A DNA stretch of 37,698 nucleotides from Octopus sinensis (taxonomy: Eukaryota): NCBI RefSeq assembly GCF_006345805.1, contig NW_021835938.1, positions 1 through 37,698 of the forward strand. The letters run 5' to 3'. The notes under the pieces were generated by a model that searched no databases, had not been told where the DNA came from, and saw only the letters and a program-made list of their open reading frames with translations. Both the position numbers and the translations under genes were made by a program. The stretch's first letter is position 1, and the number at the start of each line of letters is the position of its first letter. Positions 24,246 through 36,897 of the stretch are shown piece after piece.

Positions 24246-24399
24246 ATTATTATTATTATTATTATTATATCAAAACAGTTTGATTCGGACCCTGTGCAAC
24301 CCGGAATTTCGTAGGCCTCTCTCAGCGACCTAGTTCGTGGGGCTCAGGTAACCGAAACTTCATATAACCTTTAGTTACACGGAATCGAATCGAGCTTTA

Positions 24400-24614
24400 T
24401 GTGTTGTTTGTATTTGTATCCCACCACTGCTTCACAACTGGTGTCAGTTTATTTGCGTTCCCGTGACTTAGCGCTACGGCAAAACGGACCGATAAAATAA
24501 GTACCAGACTTTAAACAAAAAATAAGTTGTGGGGTCGTTAGGATCAGGCGCCTTCAAGGCGTTATCCCCGCATGGCAGCAGTCCAAAGAACGAAAAAAAA
24601 TAATAAAAAGATAA
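24400..24614 (+). mobile_element. SINE family A, 3' half
   Basis: cccgtgacttagcg..gaccgataaaataagtaccag..ttcaaggcg..gcatggcagcagtcc. Confidence 0.75.
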
Positions 24615-25163
24615 ACCGTAAAAATCTGTAAAAAGACGATACCAAATAGGCCAGGAAAAAAAACACAAAACGTAAATAAGGGAGACTTCGTTTGTTTTGA
24701 CAAGTCTTCTATGGCTTTTGGTGTATGCATCAGTGTGTGTGTGTGAGTATGCGTGTGTGTATGTGTGTGTGTAGGTTTGTGTTTAACATAAGGTAAGCTA
24801 GTCGGCAGACAGACCTGGTTATCTCCCTCTCTCCTTTGCCGGTTTCAAAACCCAGCTGTGACGGGATGTTACTAAGGTCCGGTTGTTTTGGGAAATATAT
24901 ATATTTTCCCGAATGTAACAAAAATAAAATAGATGGAAGTAAAACAAATCAAAGAAAAAAGAAGAAAACCATGGAAACACTTAAAAAAATACACTCCAAC
25001 TGTTATCGCTCATCTACATATAACAGACACATATCTACATATATGTGTTTCAGTACATAAATGATACGGGGTTTTTTTTCAGTTGCATGAAATAAAAGTG
25101 TGAGGGGATGGTATAAACTACCTGCATCAATTTGCTATAAAAGCAGGTAGTACATTGGCCACA

Positions 25164-25551
25164 GTGGAGGCGCAATGGCCCAGTGGTTAGGGCAGCGGAC
25201 TCGCGGTCATAGGATCGCGGTTTCGATTCCCAGACCGGGCATTGTGAGTGTTTATTGAGCGAAAACACCTAAAAGCTCCACGAGGCTCCGGCAGGGGATG
25301 GTGGTGATCCCTGCTGTACTCTTTCACCACAACTTTCTCTCACTCTTACTTCCTGTTTCTGTTGTACCTGTATTTCAAAGGGCCGGCCTTGTCACTCTCT
25401 GTGTCACGCTGAATATCCCCGAGAACTACGTTAAGGGTACACGTGTCTGTGGAGTGCTCAGCTACTTACGCGTTAATTTCACGAGCAGGCTGTTCCGTTG
25501 ATTCGGATCAACCGGAACCCTCGTCGTCGTAACCGACGGAGTGCTTCCTTA
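25164..25551 (+). mobile_element. Full-length tRNA-derived SINE (388 bp; OR1-like, tentative) with perfect 13 bp TSD
   Basis: TSD tacattggccaca at 25151-25163 and 25552-25564. Head tggcccagtggttagg..ggtttcgattccc. The 3' part is shared with family B. Confidence 0.93.
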
Positions 25552-25625
25552 TACATTGGCCACAATCTTAGTGCACATTTTCAGCAGTGCAATTCAATTT
25601 TAACAGTTATATTTGTAAAGCTATT

Positions 25626-26520
25626 ATGAAAAAAACAAGGGAGCGTATGCGGTATATTTTGCTTTTTGAGTTCAATAAAGGTAACAAGTGCGAGGAATAT
25701 TAATGCAGTATATGGGGATCGCGTGAAGGTGCGTGGCTTAGTGGTTAGGGCATTCGGTTCACGATTGTAAGGTTGTGAGTTCGATTCCCGGCGACGCGTT
25801 GTGTCCTTGAGCAAGACCCTTTATTTCACGTTGCTCCAATCCACTCAGCTGGCAAAAATGAGTAGTACCTGTGTTTCAAAGGGCCGACCTTGTCACATTT
25901 TGTCACGCTGAATATCCCTGAGTACTACGTTAGGGGTACGCGTGTCTGTGGATTGCTCAGTCACTTGCACGTTAATTTCATGAGCAGGCTGTTCCGTTGA
26001 TCGTATCAGCTGGGACCCTCGTCGTCGTAACCGACGGAGTGCTCCTATATGGGGATTGGACAATTAGTGTAAGCCAGTGTCGACAGTGCTTGCAGAAGTT
26101 CCGAGCCGGAAAGCACAGCCTAGAAGACGGGCCTTGTCCTGGAAGATCTGTAGAGGACATCCTGCAAACCCTGGTGGAACAAAATCCCTTCGTACCCGTT
26201 GAGGAACTAGCACAAAAGCTTGGATTTGGTCATAACCATTCATCGATACCTGCGTGCCACCGGAAAACGATTAGCTTTGGTTTCAAGAAGAAAGGTGTTC
26301 TTCGATCAGAATAATGCTCAGCCACATACACAAGCTGGAGCAGCTTGAATGGGATACGATGCCCCAGCCACTATATTCGCCGGAAATTGCCCCCATCTGA
26401 TTATCATTTATACGACAGTCTTCAAAATCATTTGGACGGAAAAAATATGAATTCTCTTAACGAGGTCAGAACAGTACTGGAAGAGTATTTTTCATCATGG
26501 ACAAGTGGATTTTGGAAGAA
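25626..26520 (+). pseudogene. Fragmented mariner transposase
   Basis: MKKTRERMRYILLFEFNKG / ARNINAVYGD [SINE] WTISVSQCRQCLQKFRAGKHSLED..EELAQKLG, then a deletion, then QNNAQPH..YSPEIAPSDYHLYDSLQNHL (equivalents of the HDNARPH and YSPDLAPSD motifs). Frameshifted. Confidence 0.88.
25720..26045 (+). mobile_element. Full-length SINE family B with perfect 11 bp TSD, inserted in the transposase ORF
   Basis: TSD tatatggggat at 25709-25719 and 26046-26056. A-box tggcttagtggtt and B-box gagttcgattccc. Confidence 0.93.
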
Positions 26521-26551
26521 CCGCATTATTTATGGGATGGCCCAATATTTA

Positions 26552-26937
26552 CAGTGATACCTCGCTGTACGAGTTTAATTCGTTCCATGACCAAGTTCGT
26601 CTTACGATTTACTCGTTTAGCAAATCACTTTTCCCCATTGAAATTAACTAAGATATAATTAATCTGTTCCAGCCTCACAAAACCACTCAAAAATATTTTT
26701 TTATGGATTTTAAAGCAGAAAAGGTTAAGTTACAAGTAAAATGACAATTATAAAAAAAGAAAATGCAAAAAAAATATGTAAACTAGTTTTATTAACTGAA
26801 TTACCTTAAAGATTGGACGATTTGTGTACTCGTACTACGGATTTCCGCTCGTACTTGAACACAAAAATTCGCACGAGTCTCGACTCGTACAGCAAATTAC
26901 GCGTACAATAATGCACCCGTACTGCGAGGTTCAACTG
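26552..26937. mobile_element. pogo/Tigger-like MITE
   Basis: TA|cagtgatacctcgctgtacg ... cgtactgcgaggttcaactg|CA, with subterminal ctcgtac-type repeats and an AT-rich centre. Confidence 0.8.
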
Positions 26938-27815
26938 CATTTACACTATATATATATATTTACTATAAGAAATAGTAAACCTTGGGGGACATAAACTTCT
27001 ACCATGAAAAAACAAATGGCCATTAGCACACGTGAGAACCAAAGCCACACCTATTTTCGCGATAAATGTGCTAACCGATTACACCAACATACTCAAAGTT
27101 TTTAAGCATTAAATTTAGGAATTATGATATCTTGGCGGTAAATTTGCAAACAAATACGTTTTGGTGACGAGTAAAAAAATTTTTGTAATTAAACGTTTTC
27201 ACCATTTGTATTGACTATAGGGTTCGATGGCCACGTGTACTAATACCTATGTTTTTCCGTCGTGGGCTTATATGCCCCAATATTAGACAATTCCCAATAT
27301 TCAATATATACGGTGAAGAGTTATAATCATAATTGTTACAATATGCGTGCGTTCATGCATGTACATGTGGGCGTGTTTAAGTGTGTGTGGGCGTATGTAG
27401 GTGCGCTTGTGTAACAGCTCTTCAAATGTGTGTGCATATGTGTAACAGTTTTTCAAATGAGGACATTGGTAGGTGTGACATTTTAATCATTAGTATTCAT
27501 GATCTCTCTCCTATTTATATTTCCTTATTAGTTATACATGTTAGAGAATGGATGACTTCCACCTGAATAAAATGAATATTAATAATTAAACAGAGTAATG
27601 TCGTATACAACAGATTAACAGTTGGAATAAATTAGCCAGAATTAACCATTCTCGAATTAACGAGAAACTTCAAAGATACACAAGGTAGTGTAATATACAA
27701 ATTTTAATGTAAGCATGATAGTTCTGAACTTCATGATATAAGCTTTGAAACTGGTCATGCATCGTACTTTATTTATAACTTGAAGAAATAACAGACTTGA
27801 GAGGTTGCAAGCTAG

Positions 27816-27881
<66 letters not shown>

Positions 27882-27923
27882 CAATAATAATTCTCTAAAA
27901 GAGATATAGACAGTAACTGCTCG

Positions 27924-28422
27924 ATAACATAAGGGACTAAAGCCATCTGAATATGGCTAGGGACAGGGCAGGGTGGTGGGGGTGTCACTGTTGCATTTAG
28001 CCCCAGGCGAACATCGACGTCGCCAGATAGGCTTGACACCATCACGGTGTCCTTTAACCTGCAAAGGGAGATAATTCCCCGATGAAGCAGAGAATTATTA
28101 TTGCTGTCGAACAGATTTTCGAAATCAGCAAATGTATTTTGCTTGAAAATCTATATATGAATATCCTGCAGAGTGAGATTTCGTCGAGGAAGCGGAGGCC
28201 TACCACACGTTGACGATAGGCAATACACCTTGAAACCATGGTCCGTGTGTGGTTTCCGCTTCATCGGGGAATTATCTCCCTTTGCAGGTTAAAGGACACC
28301 GTGATGGTGTCAAGCCTATCTGGCGACGTCGATGTTCGCCTGGGGCTAAATGCAACAGTAACACCCCCACCACCCTGCCCTGTCCCTAGCCATATTCAGA
28401 TGGCTTTAGTCCCTTATGTTAT
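27924..28422. repeat. 165 bp inverted repeat (1 mismatch seen) with 169 bp spacer, between (TA)n tracts
   Basis: 27924-28088 is the reverse complement of 28258-28422. There is an additional 17 bp inverted match between 27880-27896 and 28089-28105. Confidence 0.97.
28204..28249 (+). ncRNA. Minimal type I hammerhead-like motif with GUC cleavage triplet (C3U variant)
   Basis: Stem I CACACG/CGUGUG, UUGACGA, stem II AGG/CCU, GAAA, palindromic ACCAUGGU, then C at 28243. Confidence 0.65.
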
Positions 28423-28776
28423 ATATATATATATATATAATATATATATTATATATATATATATATACATATATATATAACAAAGAAAGGAAAATGCACA
28501 CACTTTACATAGCCTTAATATATTTTAAAAATTATTTTATATTGTTTGTCGACCGGTTCGCTTTCGCTAATCATGACATTGAAATTATTGTTATTTCGTA
28601 TTTTCTTAAGAAGATTTTAGCCCATGTTGTGTGTGAAGTTTGTGAATGAATGGATTCAACAAGTAGAAAAGTCTAAAGTATCAGAATCGAACTCAGTCGT
28701 GTTTTTCACAAAACACACACGCAATATGTGAGTACATGTGGATGTTTGCGTGCGCGCGGCATGAGTGTGCGTATAT

Positions 28777-28812
<36 letters not shown>

Positions 28813-28852
28813 CAGATAGATAGACAGCAGACAGACAGACAGACAGACAGAC

Positions 28853-28931
<79 letters not shown>

Positions 28932-28935
28932 CAGA
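28777..28935. repeat. (GATA)n/(GACA)n microsatellite
   Basis: Directly visible. Confidence 0.95.
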
Positions 28936-29233
28936 TATACACCGACATTTACAAACACATACACCAGTATATATAACTACCCACGCCTATGTAAGTAGAT
29001 TCACAGACGTGTATACATGTATGCATATAAATATATTTTTGAACACAGAATCGCTGACACACACGCACACACACACATATATACACACACTCACATACAT
29101 ACATATTCACACTTATATACATATAAACATACATATATACGCACATGCATAAAGAGAAATGCTTTTATGCATGTTTGTGTACGCATGTGTGTATGTATAT
29201 ATATATAGACTCGTGTGTGTGTTGATGTATGTC

Positions 29234-29279
<46 letters not shown>

Positions 29280-29512
29280 TATATATACATATATATATAC
29301 ATATATATATACATACATATATATTATATATATTATATATATATATATAGATATACATAGAATATCGGGGTATTTATGTGTATATATATATATGTGTGTG
29401 TGTGTTTATGTATGTTTGTGTACATATATATATATGCATATATATATATATAATATCAAAAGGGGGTGTTAATATAAACATATATTCATATACACACAAA
29501 CATATATGTACC

Positions 29513-29582
<70 letters not shown>

Positions 29583-30143
29583 GTATGTGTGTATATACAC
29601 AGCTCGTATTTTTCCTTAACGTCTAACCTGACATCACACTTACCAACACAGGTGGTGGAGATGAAACAAACATAAGTGCTATTCGATCTCTCAACCTCCC
29701 AGGCAGTGAGAACTTTATGTAAACAAGACTACCAATATTGAACTAGCTTCGCTGTTAGATTGGATTTCAATATTTTTTCTATCTCAACCGACTATTTTGC
29801 TTATTCGCTCAATTTAGATTAATTCAAACGTGTACCCTAACCTTTCACCATCACCACCACCACCACCACCACGTCACCGCTGCAGCCGCCATTGCCCACT
29901 TCCGTTGAAGCCACCACCGCCGCCGTTATCACCAACATCAACAGCACAACCACCAGGAAAGACTGGACAGAGATATAGATCAGTGTTTGATGATGGAGGA
30001 ATGTTGAATCACAGTTGGAGTTCCAAAAACGAGATGGAAACGTGAGTTGTGAATGTACAGGAATACCTCAACTTACGTCGGTAACTGGTGACAATACATA
30101 AGACTTAACTCGAAGTAATACGAAAAGCACTGAAGAAAACTTA

Positions 30144-30750
30144 TTAGCGAGTGTGGCTGTGTGGCGGAGGCGCATGCGTGGGTGTGTTGTATAGGCGCAG
30201 GCGTGGTTGTGTGGCGTAGACTCTGGCGTGGCTGTGTGACATAGGCGCAGGCGTGGCTATGTTGCGTAGGAGCAGGCGAGACTTTGTGGTAAGATATTTG
30301 CTTCCCACCCACATAGTCCCGGGTTCAGTTTCACTGCGTGACACCTTGGACAAGTGTCTTCCATTATAGCCACGGGCCGACCAAAGTTTTCTGAATGGAT
30401 TTGGTAGTCGGAAACTGAAAGGCCTTCGGATGTGTGTGTGTGTGAGTGTGTCTTTTTCCCTGTGTTTGACCCCCTACTTCCCATAACTCCCCCTTACATC
30501 TGTTATTATCTAAAATGAAACAGTCGCAGCTAGCTATCTTGTTTCCCATATAATTCTTAAAATTGACAAGCGGACAGCCAATGTTGGGTTGTTTAAGTCT
30601 CCGTCACTTAGCAGTTCAACAAATGACACTTATAACGTAAGCGCCAGACATAAAAAGGGGCATCTGTACTAAGGTCGATATTTGTTTGGCTAATACCCAC
30701 GAGGCGGTGCCCCAGCATGGCCAAAGTCCAATAATTGTAACAAGGTAACG
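30144..30750 (+). mobile_element. Diverged SINE family A with a six-fold tandem 25 bp head
   Basis: Units start at 30144, 30169, 30194, 30219, 30244 and 30269, followed by the normal body ending gaggcggtgccccagcatggcc. Confidence 0.85.
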
Positions 30751-31000
30751 ATATTTAAAATTTATTCCCCTCTGTAGAGTAGAATGAGCGCTGCTACCGC
30801 TGTTGCTGTTGTTGTTGTTGTTGTTGAGTTGTGTACCATGTCCATGTTGAAAAGCATTCAAAAAACTCATGGGAGAGAGGTATTTAAAGACGTCCTGCCC
30901 GTGGCTATCCCATTCTATTTCCAGATATAACGCCTCTAGAACTTCACTCTTTCGTTCGTTTAAGGTGGCAGGTTGAACTTTTAGCGAGATTTAATTATTA

Positions 31001-31733
31001 CTAGACTACCCGTGGGTCACCGGGAAACCCAGTTTCCCAGCAACGGAGTTTTGTTTCGTGGATCTTTGCTTTTCCAGGTTATTTTGCATGTTTTCAATGA
31101 CTGTGACATCGAAATCACGCATAAACAGCTCCTTTCCTTCGGAAGAGGAAAGATTTGGCTGCTATTTCTTGCACGCCCTGCTAGCTCGTAACGAGTATGT
31201 CGTATCTTTTATCGCAAATAGCTGTTACATAGTATTAGAGTGTGCTAGAAATAGCAGCCAAATATTTGGAGGTGAGATAACGTTGAATGCACTCCAAAAA
31301 ACTTATGGAAAAAACTATTTCACACCGAGGTTACGAAGTCCATGATATATATGTGTTTATGTATGTATGTATGTATGTATGTATGTATGTATGTATGTAT
31401 GTATGTATGTATGTGAGTATTTATGTATGTAAGTGTGTAGACGTGTCTGCGTATCTCTCTGTATGTATATGTAAACATAAGTTTGTTCCGTTTCAGGATG
31501 AAGTTAAATTCGGAACATTTCCACATTATGCACCGTTTTGGATATTTATATCACACACCCTGAATATCGCAATAGCTACTGCTCCAATTTACGCGACATT
31601 TGTTTCATTCCCTTCCTATTAACTTTTCAGGGTAAAACTTAATTCATAGTAGTTTCTTATTATGCGCCAGCTTGCCTGGGTAACGTTGCAAGCAAGCAAG
31701 CAAGATTGAAACTAACTTTTAATGTATTATAGA
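31001..31733 (-). mobile_element. Probable non-autonomous Helitron with internal insertions
   Basis: The minus strand runs A|TCtataatacattaaaag..(cttg)n ... cccggtgacccacgggtagtCTAG|T. That both ends belong to one element is inferred. Confidence 0.55.
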
Positions 31734-31764
31734 TTTATATCAGATTAAGCGTAGGTTGTGTGGT

Positions 31765-32235
31765 ATTTCTATCTTAATTTATCACGAGTGTTTGTTTTGA
31801 AGAAAAAACCTAGGTGATAAATAAATCAGTGATAAATGAATCATGTCTACTCACTTTGTGAATGAAACGAATGGTATTTTCATTGACATCAACTCGCGGC
31901 TCACGGCTACAAAGCTTTCACTCTTACGTATTTCTTTTATTATCTACCCTTTCTTATAGAGAATACTCATATCTCTGTCGTTTGTTAAAGTCAGACGGCT
32001 TCGAATATATTGTTCCTTGGTGACAAAAACTACGTAGCATCACATCACGGTCATATAAACACAAGCGATAATCAATGGATTTTGTGTAGCTGAGCATTGT
32101 GTTTTTACGCTGTTACGTTTATCACAGATCAATCCATTATAAGCATAGCATGTTTCACACTTAAGCGTAGCGGATTATCCCGGATGAGTGATAAACGAAT
32201 CAGTGATAAACGAATCCGTGATAAACGAGGCATCA
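31765..32235. repeat. Second diverged copy of the 11015-11493 repeat
   Basis: Shares the same blocks and ends with three 15 bp gtgataaacga units. Confidence 0.6.
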
Positions 32236-32618
32236 TGTTTGTGTATTTAGCGAGTACACAAGCCACGGTTATATGAACAGGTGCAGAACACAGTCCAAAT
32301 AACTTCCAGCGTAGTTTCCATGTATCAAACTTCTCAATCACACGATGTGAAACGTTATCCGTGTTTACTTACAGACAGAGGCTTATTTTGTTTAGTCGCT
32401 TTTGCTGTTGCTGCTGCCATTTTGAACCTTAAACTAAAGTCGATTAAGTCATCTGAGTACAGAGGACATGACAGTTCTTTCACGGACAATAATTAAATCA
32501 GCCGCAACAAAAAAAAAAGGATAACTACAATAACAACATCAAAACTGAAATGGAACGTTGGAATTATTTATTTTCTCCCACACAGAACGAAGTTTTTTTT
32601 TTTTTATAACTATTTTCG

Positions 32619-32996
32619 TTTACTTGTTTCAGCTTTTGAAATGCGGCCATGCTGGAGCATCGCCTTGAAGGATTAGAGTCAAACAAATCGACACCAGTGC
32701 TTTTCTTTTATATTTTAATAAAAATAAAGTCTGTTACATATTGTATCGCTAAGTTACGAAGACGCAAACAAACCACCACCGGTTGTCATGCAGTGGCTGG
32801 ACAAACACAATCACACACACACACATATCTATCTATCTATCTATCGATCTATCTAGCTATAAATATATATATATATATATATACGGCGGGCTAACACAGG
32901 GTCCATGGTAGAAGATTATGCACTGCGCTATGGGACTGAACCTGAAACCATTTGGTTGTAGAGTGAGATTCTTTACTACTCGGCCATGCCTGTCTA
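32619..32996 (-). mobile_element. SINE family A, diverged and internally deleted
   Basis: ttacttgtttcag..gcggccatgctggagcatcgcc..tgggactgaacctgaaaccatttggttg. Confidence 0.8.
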
Positions 32997-33055
32997 TTTT
33001 ATTTTATGTGATTTCTTAGCTTATGTTGTTGTTGTTGTTGTTGTGGTTGTTGTTG

Positions 33056-33094
<39 letters not shown>

Positions 33095-33484
33095 TTGTTT
33101 TTTGGTGTTCTATATTTAATTGTTGGATTTCTTGAGAAATAGTTCAAAGAAATTCCGGAACGAAGAAGGGAGTTTATTAAATGCTGAGGAAAGAGAACAC
33201 ATGAATGAGCTTTTCAACTTCAAAGATTAAGCTAGAACAACAAAAGTTACCTACACTAAATTATGGCCGAGGACCCGTTTCTTCAAACATCTCTATACCA
33301 TGACTATAAAATATATAGTGTATGTATTTCCGAAGAGCCATAAGTGAAACAATGTATATTTTGTCGAACTAATAATTATAGACTTAATGCTTATTCAATT
33401 TTAGACTTACCATCCAGTTCTTTATAGGAAAATGGCCTCTTTGGACTTGACAACAAGGCATCATGTGTCTATCTACTATCTATC

Positions 33485-33544
<60 letters not shown>

Positions 33545-33716
33545 ATATATATATATATATCTATATATATATATATATTATATAATATATATATATATAT
33601 ATATCTGTCGTCTGTCTGTCTCTATCTGTCTGTCTGTATATATATATATATAATGAGAGAGAGAGAGAGAGAGAGAGAGGAGATACTATCTATGTATCTG
33701 TCTTTCTATCTGTCTG

Positions 33717-33773
<57 letters not shown>

Positions 33774-34410
33774 ATATCTATCTATCTATCTAAATATCAA
33801 TCTATAACGATAAAATATTTCCGATTTTTGTAATCAACGGCGAGCTTATGTCGATGGAAAGGACACAAATTCCGTATAGATGTTAAACTTTCATTGTTAG
33901 CAAACTGTATACTGTCATTACTAAGAATAAGGGAAAAAATGTTTAATCCTATTGAGATAGCGCAAAGTTTGTACGAGATCCTATTGCGATGAAGAATGAT
34001 GAACGCCAATGCCATGAGATTTTAGCAACTAGTTGGTCAAGCTGTGTTACCTCCGTTATCGTCGTCATTGCCATTGGCTCTGAGGTTAGGGCCATAAAAC
34101 GGTCGTAACCGACCGGTTAAAAGCGTGTGCCACTGCTGCTTCCGACTCTGTTCGCTTGTGGCTGATACGAGCAAAACATAAAGCTGATACCCTCATCAAA
34201 CACAGCAGCCAAGAATGAAATTGTTTACAGGAATCCTGTTTACCGGATATCTGAGTGGTCATTATAATTTTTAATGACATCAATGATTGACTGAATCTCG
34301 TTCGTGTTGTCTAGTTGTTACTGCATCGAGTACAGTAATCCGGGTTCGATTTCTAGTTGATTGGGACTATCATACTATCCTAGTCATTATACTGCAAGAA
34401 ATTTCGTCAC

Positions 34411-34727
34411 ACGAATCGACCCCAGTACTGATTACATGTTTGTAACGCCTGGTACTTATTTTATTAGTCTCTGTTGATGAACCGTTATGCGACGGGGACG
34501 TAAATATACCAACACCGGTTGTCAGTTGGTAATAGGGAACAAACACACATACACATATGTATAAATATAGGACGGGCTTCTTTCAGTTTCCTTCTTCTGG
34601 CCCACCCACAAGTCTTCGGTGGGCCCGAGGCTTTAGTAGGAAACACCTGCTGTAGATACTGCGCAGTGAGACTGATCACGGAAACATTTGGTTGCAAAGT
34701 AACCTTCATATCGCACTGCCAGGCATG
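34411..34727 (-). mobile_element. SINE family A, diverged
   Basis: tcgaccccagtac..gacggggacgtaaa..gacgggcttctttcagtttcc..gcgcagtgagactga. Confidence 0.78.
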
Positions 34728-34981
34728 TATGTATGTAAACCGTGTAATTCCATAATTAATAATTCTTTACAGCATGTATTGAGTACATTTTCTAGATTTT
34801 TTTTAGGTTTAGCAGTAGTTCTACAATGTTGGTTATACACGATTATAAAATGAGTTAAGTGTATATGAATGTGTGATTGAGTCTTATACGTGTATATGTT
34901 GTATTTGTGAATGAAGTGGAGAGAGGTTCTTATATGTGTGCACGTGAGTACGTATATGTGTAGGAGGTGAAGGTCGTGCAT

Positions 34982-35020
<39 letters not shown>

Positions 35021-35284
35021 TGAGTGTGTATGTGTGCGAGCTTGCGTGATTGTGTGTATGTGTGTATTAGAGATGTGCGTGTGATCAAATACATATTTAT
35101 AAAACAGAGAAATTTTATTTTGGAAACTGGAAACACCTGCTAAATATATGAGTAATTTTCATAATTAACAGATGAATTTATGCGTATGTGTCTCGCTCTC
35201 CCCTCTCCCACACATGCATACACACATACACACACTAACATACACACACATATATACATATACCAAGGGTCGTTTGTGTGCGAA

Positions 35285-35329
<45 letters not shown>

Positions 35330-35344
35330 TGTGTCTACGTAGCC

Positions 35345-35680
35345 ATACATATATGGGAGCATGTGTGTGTATGTCTGTGTGTAGGTATATGTGTGAATGT
35401 ATGTATGTATGTATGTATGCATGCATGCATGTATGTCTGTATACATACATGCATGTTTGTATGTATGTTTATGCGCGTGTATATATGAGATTGTGTGTAT
35501 TAATACATATATGGGAGCATGTGTGTGTATGTCTGTGTGTAGGTATATGTGTGAATGTATGTATGTATGTATGTATGCATGCATGTATGTACGTATGTAT
35601 GCATGCATGTATGTCTGTATACATACATGCATGTTTGTATGTATGTTTATGCGCGTGTATATATGAGACTGTGTGTATTA
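35345..35680. repeat. Tandem duplication (158 bp + 178 bp) of microsatellite-rich sequence
   Basis: atacatatatgggagcatg..gcgcgtgtatatatgaga.tgtgtgtatta begins at 35345 and again at 35503. Confidence 0.9.
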
Positions 35681-35876
35681 ATAGGTAACTGTATATATAC
35701 AGACGTACAGCATACATTTTAGCAGCGGCTTTAGCGCAATCCTTTATAATGAAGTAATGAGGTGTATATACATACTTACGTAAATATTGTATGTATATGT
35801 GTGTGTATATAATCATATATAACTTGTATAAATGTTTTTAACCAATGTTAAAACGCATGCTTCAAATCTGCACATC

Positions 35877-35940
<64 letters not shown>

Positions 35941-36244
35941 CATATATATATGCATAGATACATAGTACATACATATACACGCATATATACAAACATGCAT
36001 ACATAAATATTGGCAATTTATTAATGAGCTAAAACCCATTAGCTGTTTGTATGCATATATATATATAAGTATTTACAAATATATATAATAAATAATAATA
36101 CGCGAATAATGAGAAAGACTTTTAGAAATATAATTACAAAATTATATTGATTCTAAACAAAATTATAATCCAGATAAATATCATTCTGTATTTGTTTTTG
36201 TTATTTTTGATGTTGTTGTTATTGTTGATATGATGATGTTGATA

Positions 36245-36275
<31 letters not shown>

Positions 36276-36394
36276 CGACGACGACGATGTTGTTGTGGTT
36301 CTTGTTGCTTTTAACGTATTTCGTTATCAAAATAACTTCATAAACTTATTTAGATAATTAATTTCTTTCATTTATAATTACGCTTATAACAGCC

Positions 36395-36446
<52 letters not shown>

Positions 36447-36479
36447 TAACAATATTAACAGTGTACATGTTGTTATCGC

Positions 36480-36539
<60 letters not shown>

Positions 36540-36550
36540 CATTATTATTA

Positions 36551-36593
<43 letters not shown>
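36395..36593. repeat. Opposed (AAT)n and (ATT)n microsatellites
   Basis: Directly visible. Confidence 0.95.
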
Positions 36594-36595
<2 letters not shown>

Positions 36596-36853
36596 ACCTA
36601 TCTCATGCATCTATTAGGTGTTCCTTTTCGCGTTGTAATGAACTGAGTTTTACACACTTTTAATTAACTTGAGTCAGCAATTAAAACCACGGTTTTAATT
36701 GAAATTCAATTCACAAACACACAAATATTCCATATGTATGCAAATGTATGTATGTGTATGCATGTATGCATATATGTGTGTGTGTTCGTGCGTGTGTTTG
36801 TGTGTGTGCTTTTGTGTGTTGTGTGAGTGTGTGCAGAGTGATATATACAATGC

Positions 36854-36897
<44 letters not shown>

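Larger units (their letters stand above)
25044..26545 (+). mobile_element. Internally deleted mariner (Hsmar1/cecropia-like) carrying two nested SINEs
   Basis: Right TIR ccgcattatttatgggatggcccaa|TA. Degenerate left TIR cataaatgatacgg near 25056. TATAAAAG at ~25136. Transposase remnants present. The left boundary is approximate. Confidence 0.8.

Noticed and set aside
25166-25240. tRNA gene
   Set aside because: It is the tRNA-derived head of a TSD-bounded SINE. The same applies to the heads at 4258, 8209, 9802, 11815 and 25728.
27812-28480. Two ORFs sharing an identical peptide on opposite strands
   Set aside because: A by-product of the 165 bp inverted repeat.
29830-30047. Pro-rich ORF ending at a gtgagt donor-like site
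   Set aside because: Largely (CCA)n-derived, with no good polypyrimidine acceptor and no recognisable homology.
30144-30293. CRISPR-like array
   Set aside because: Head-to-tail repeats without spacers, in a eukaryotic context, derived from the SINE head.
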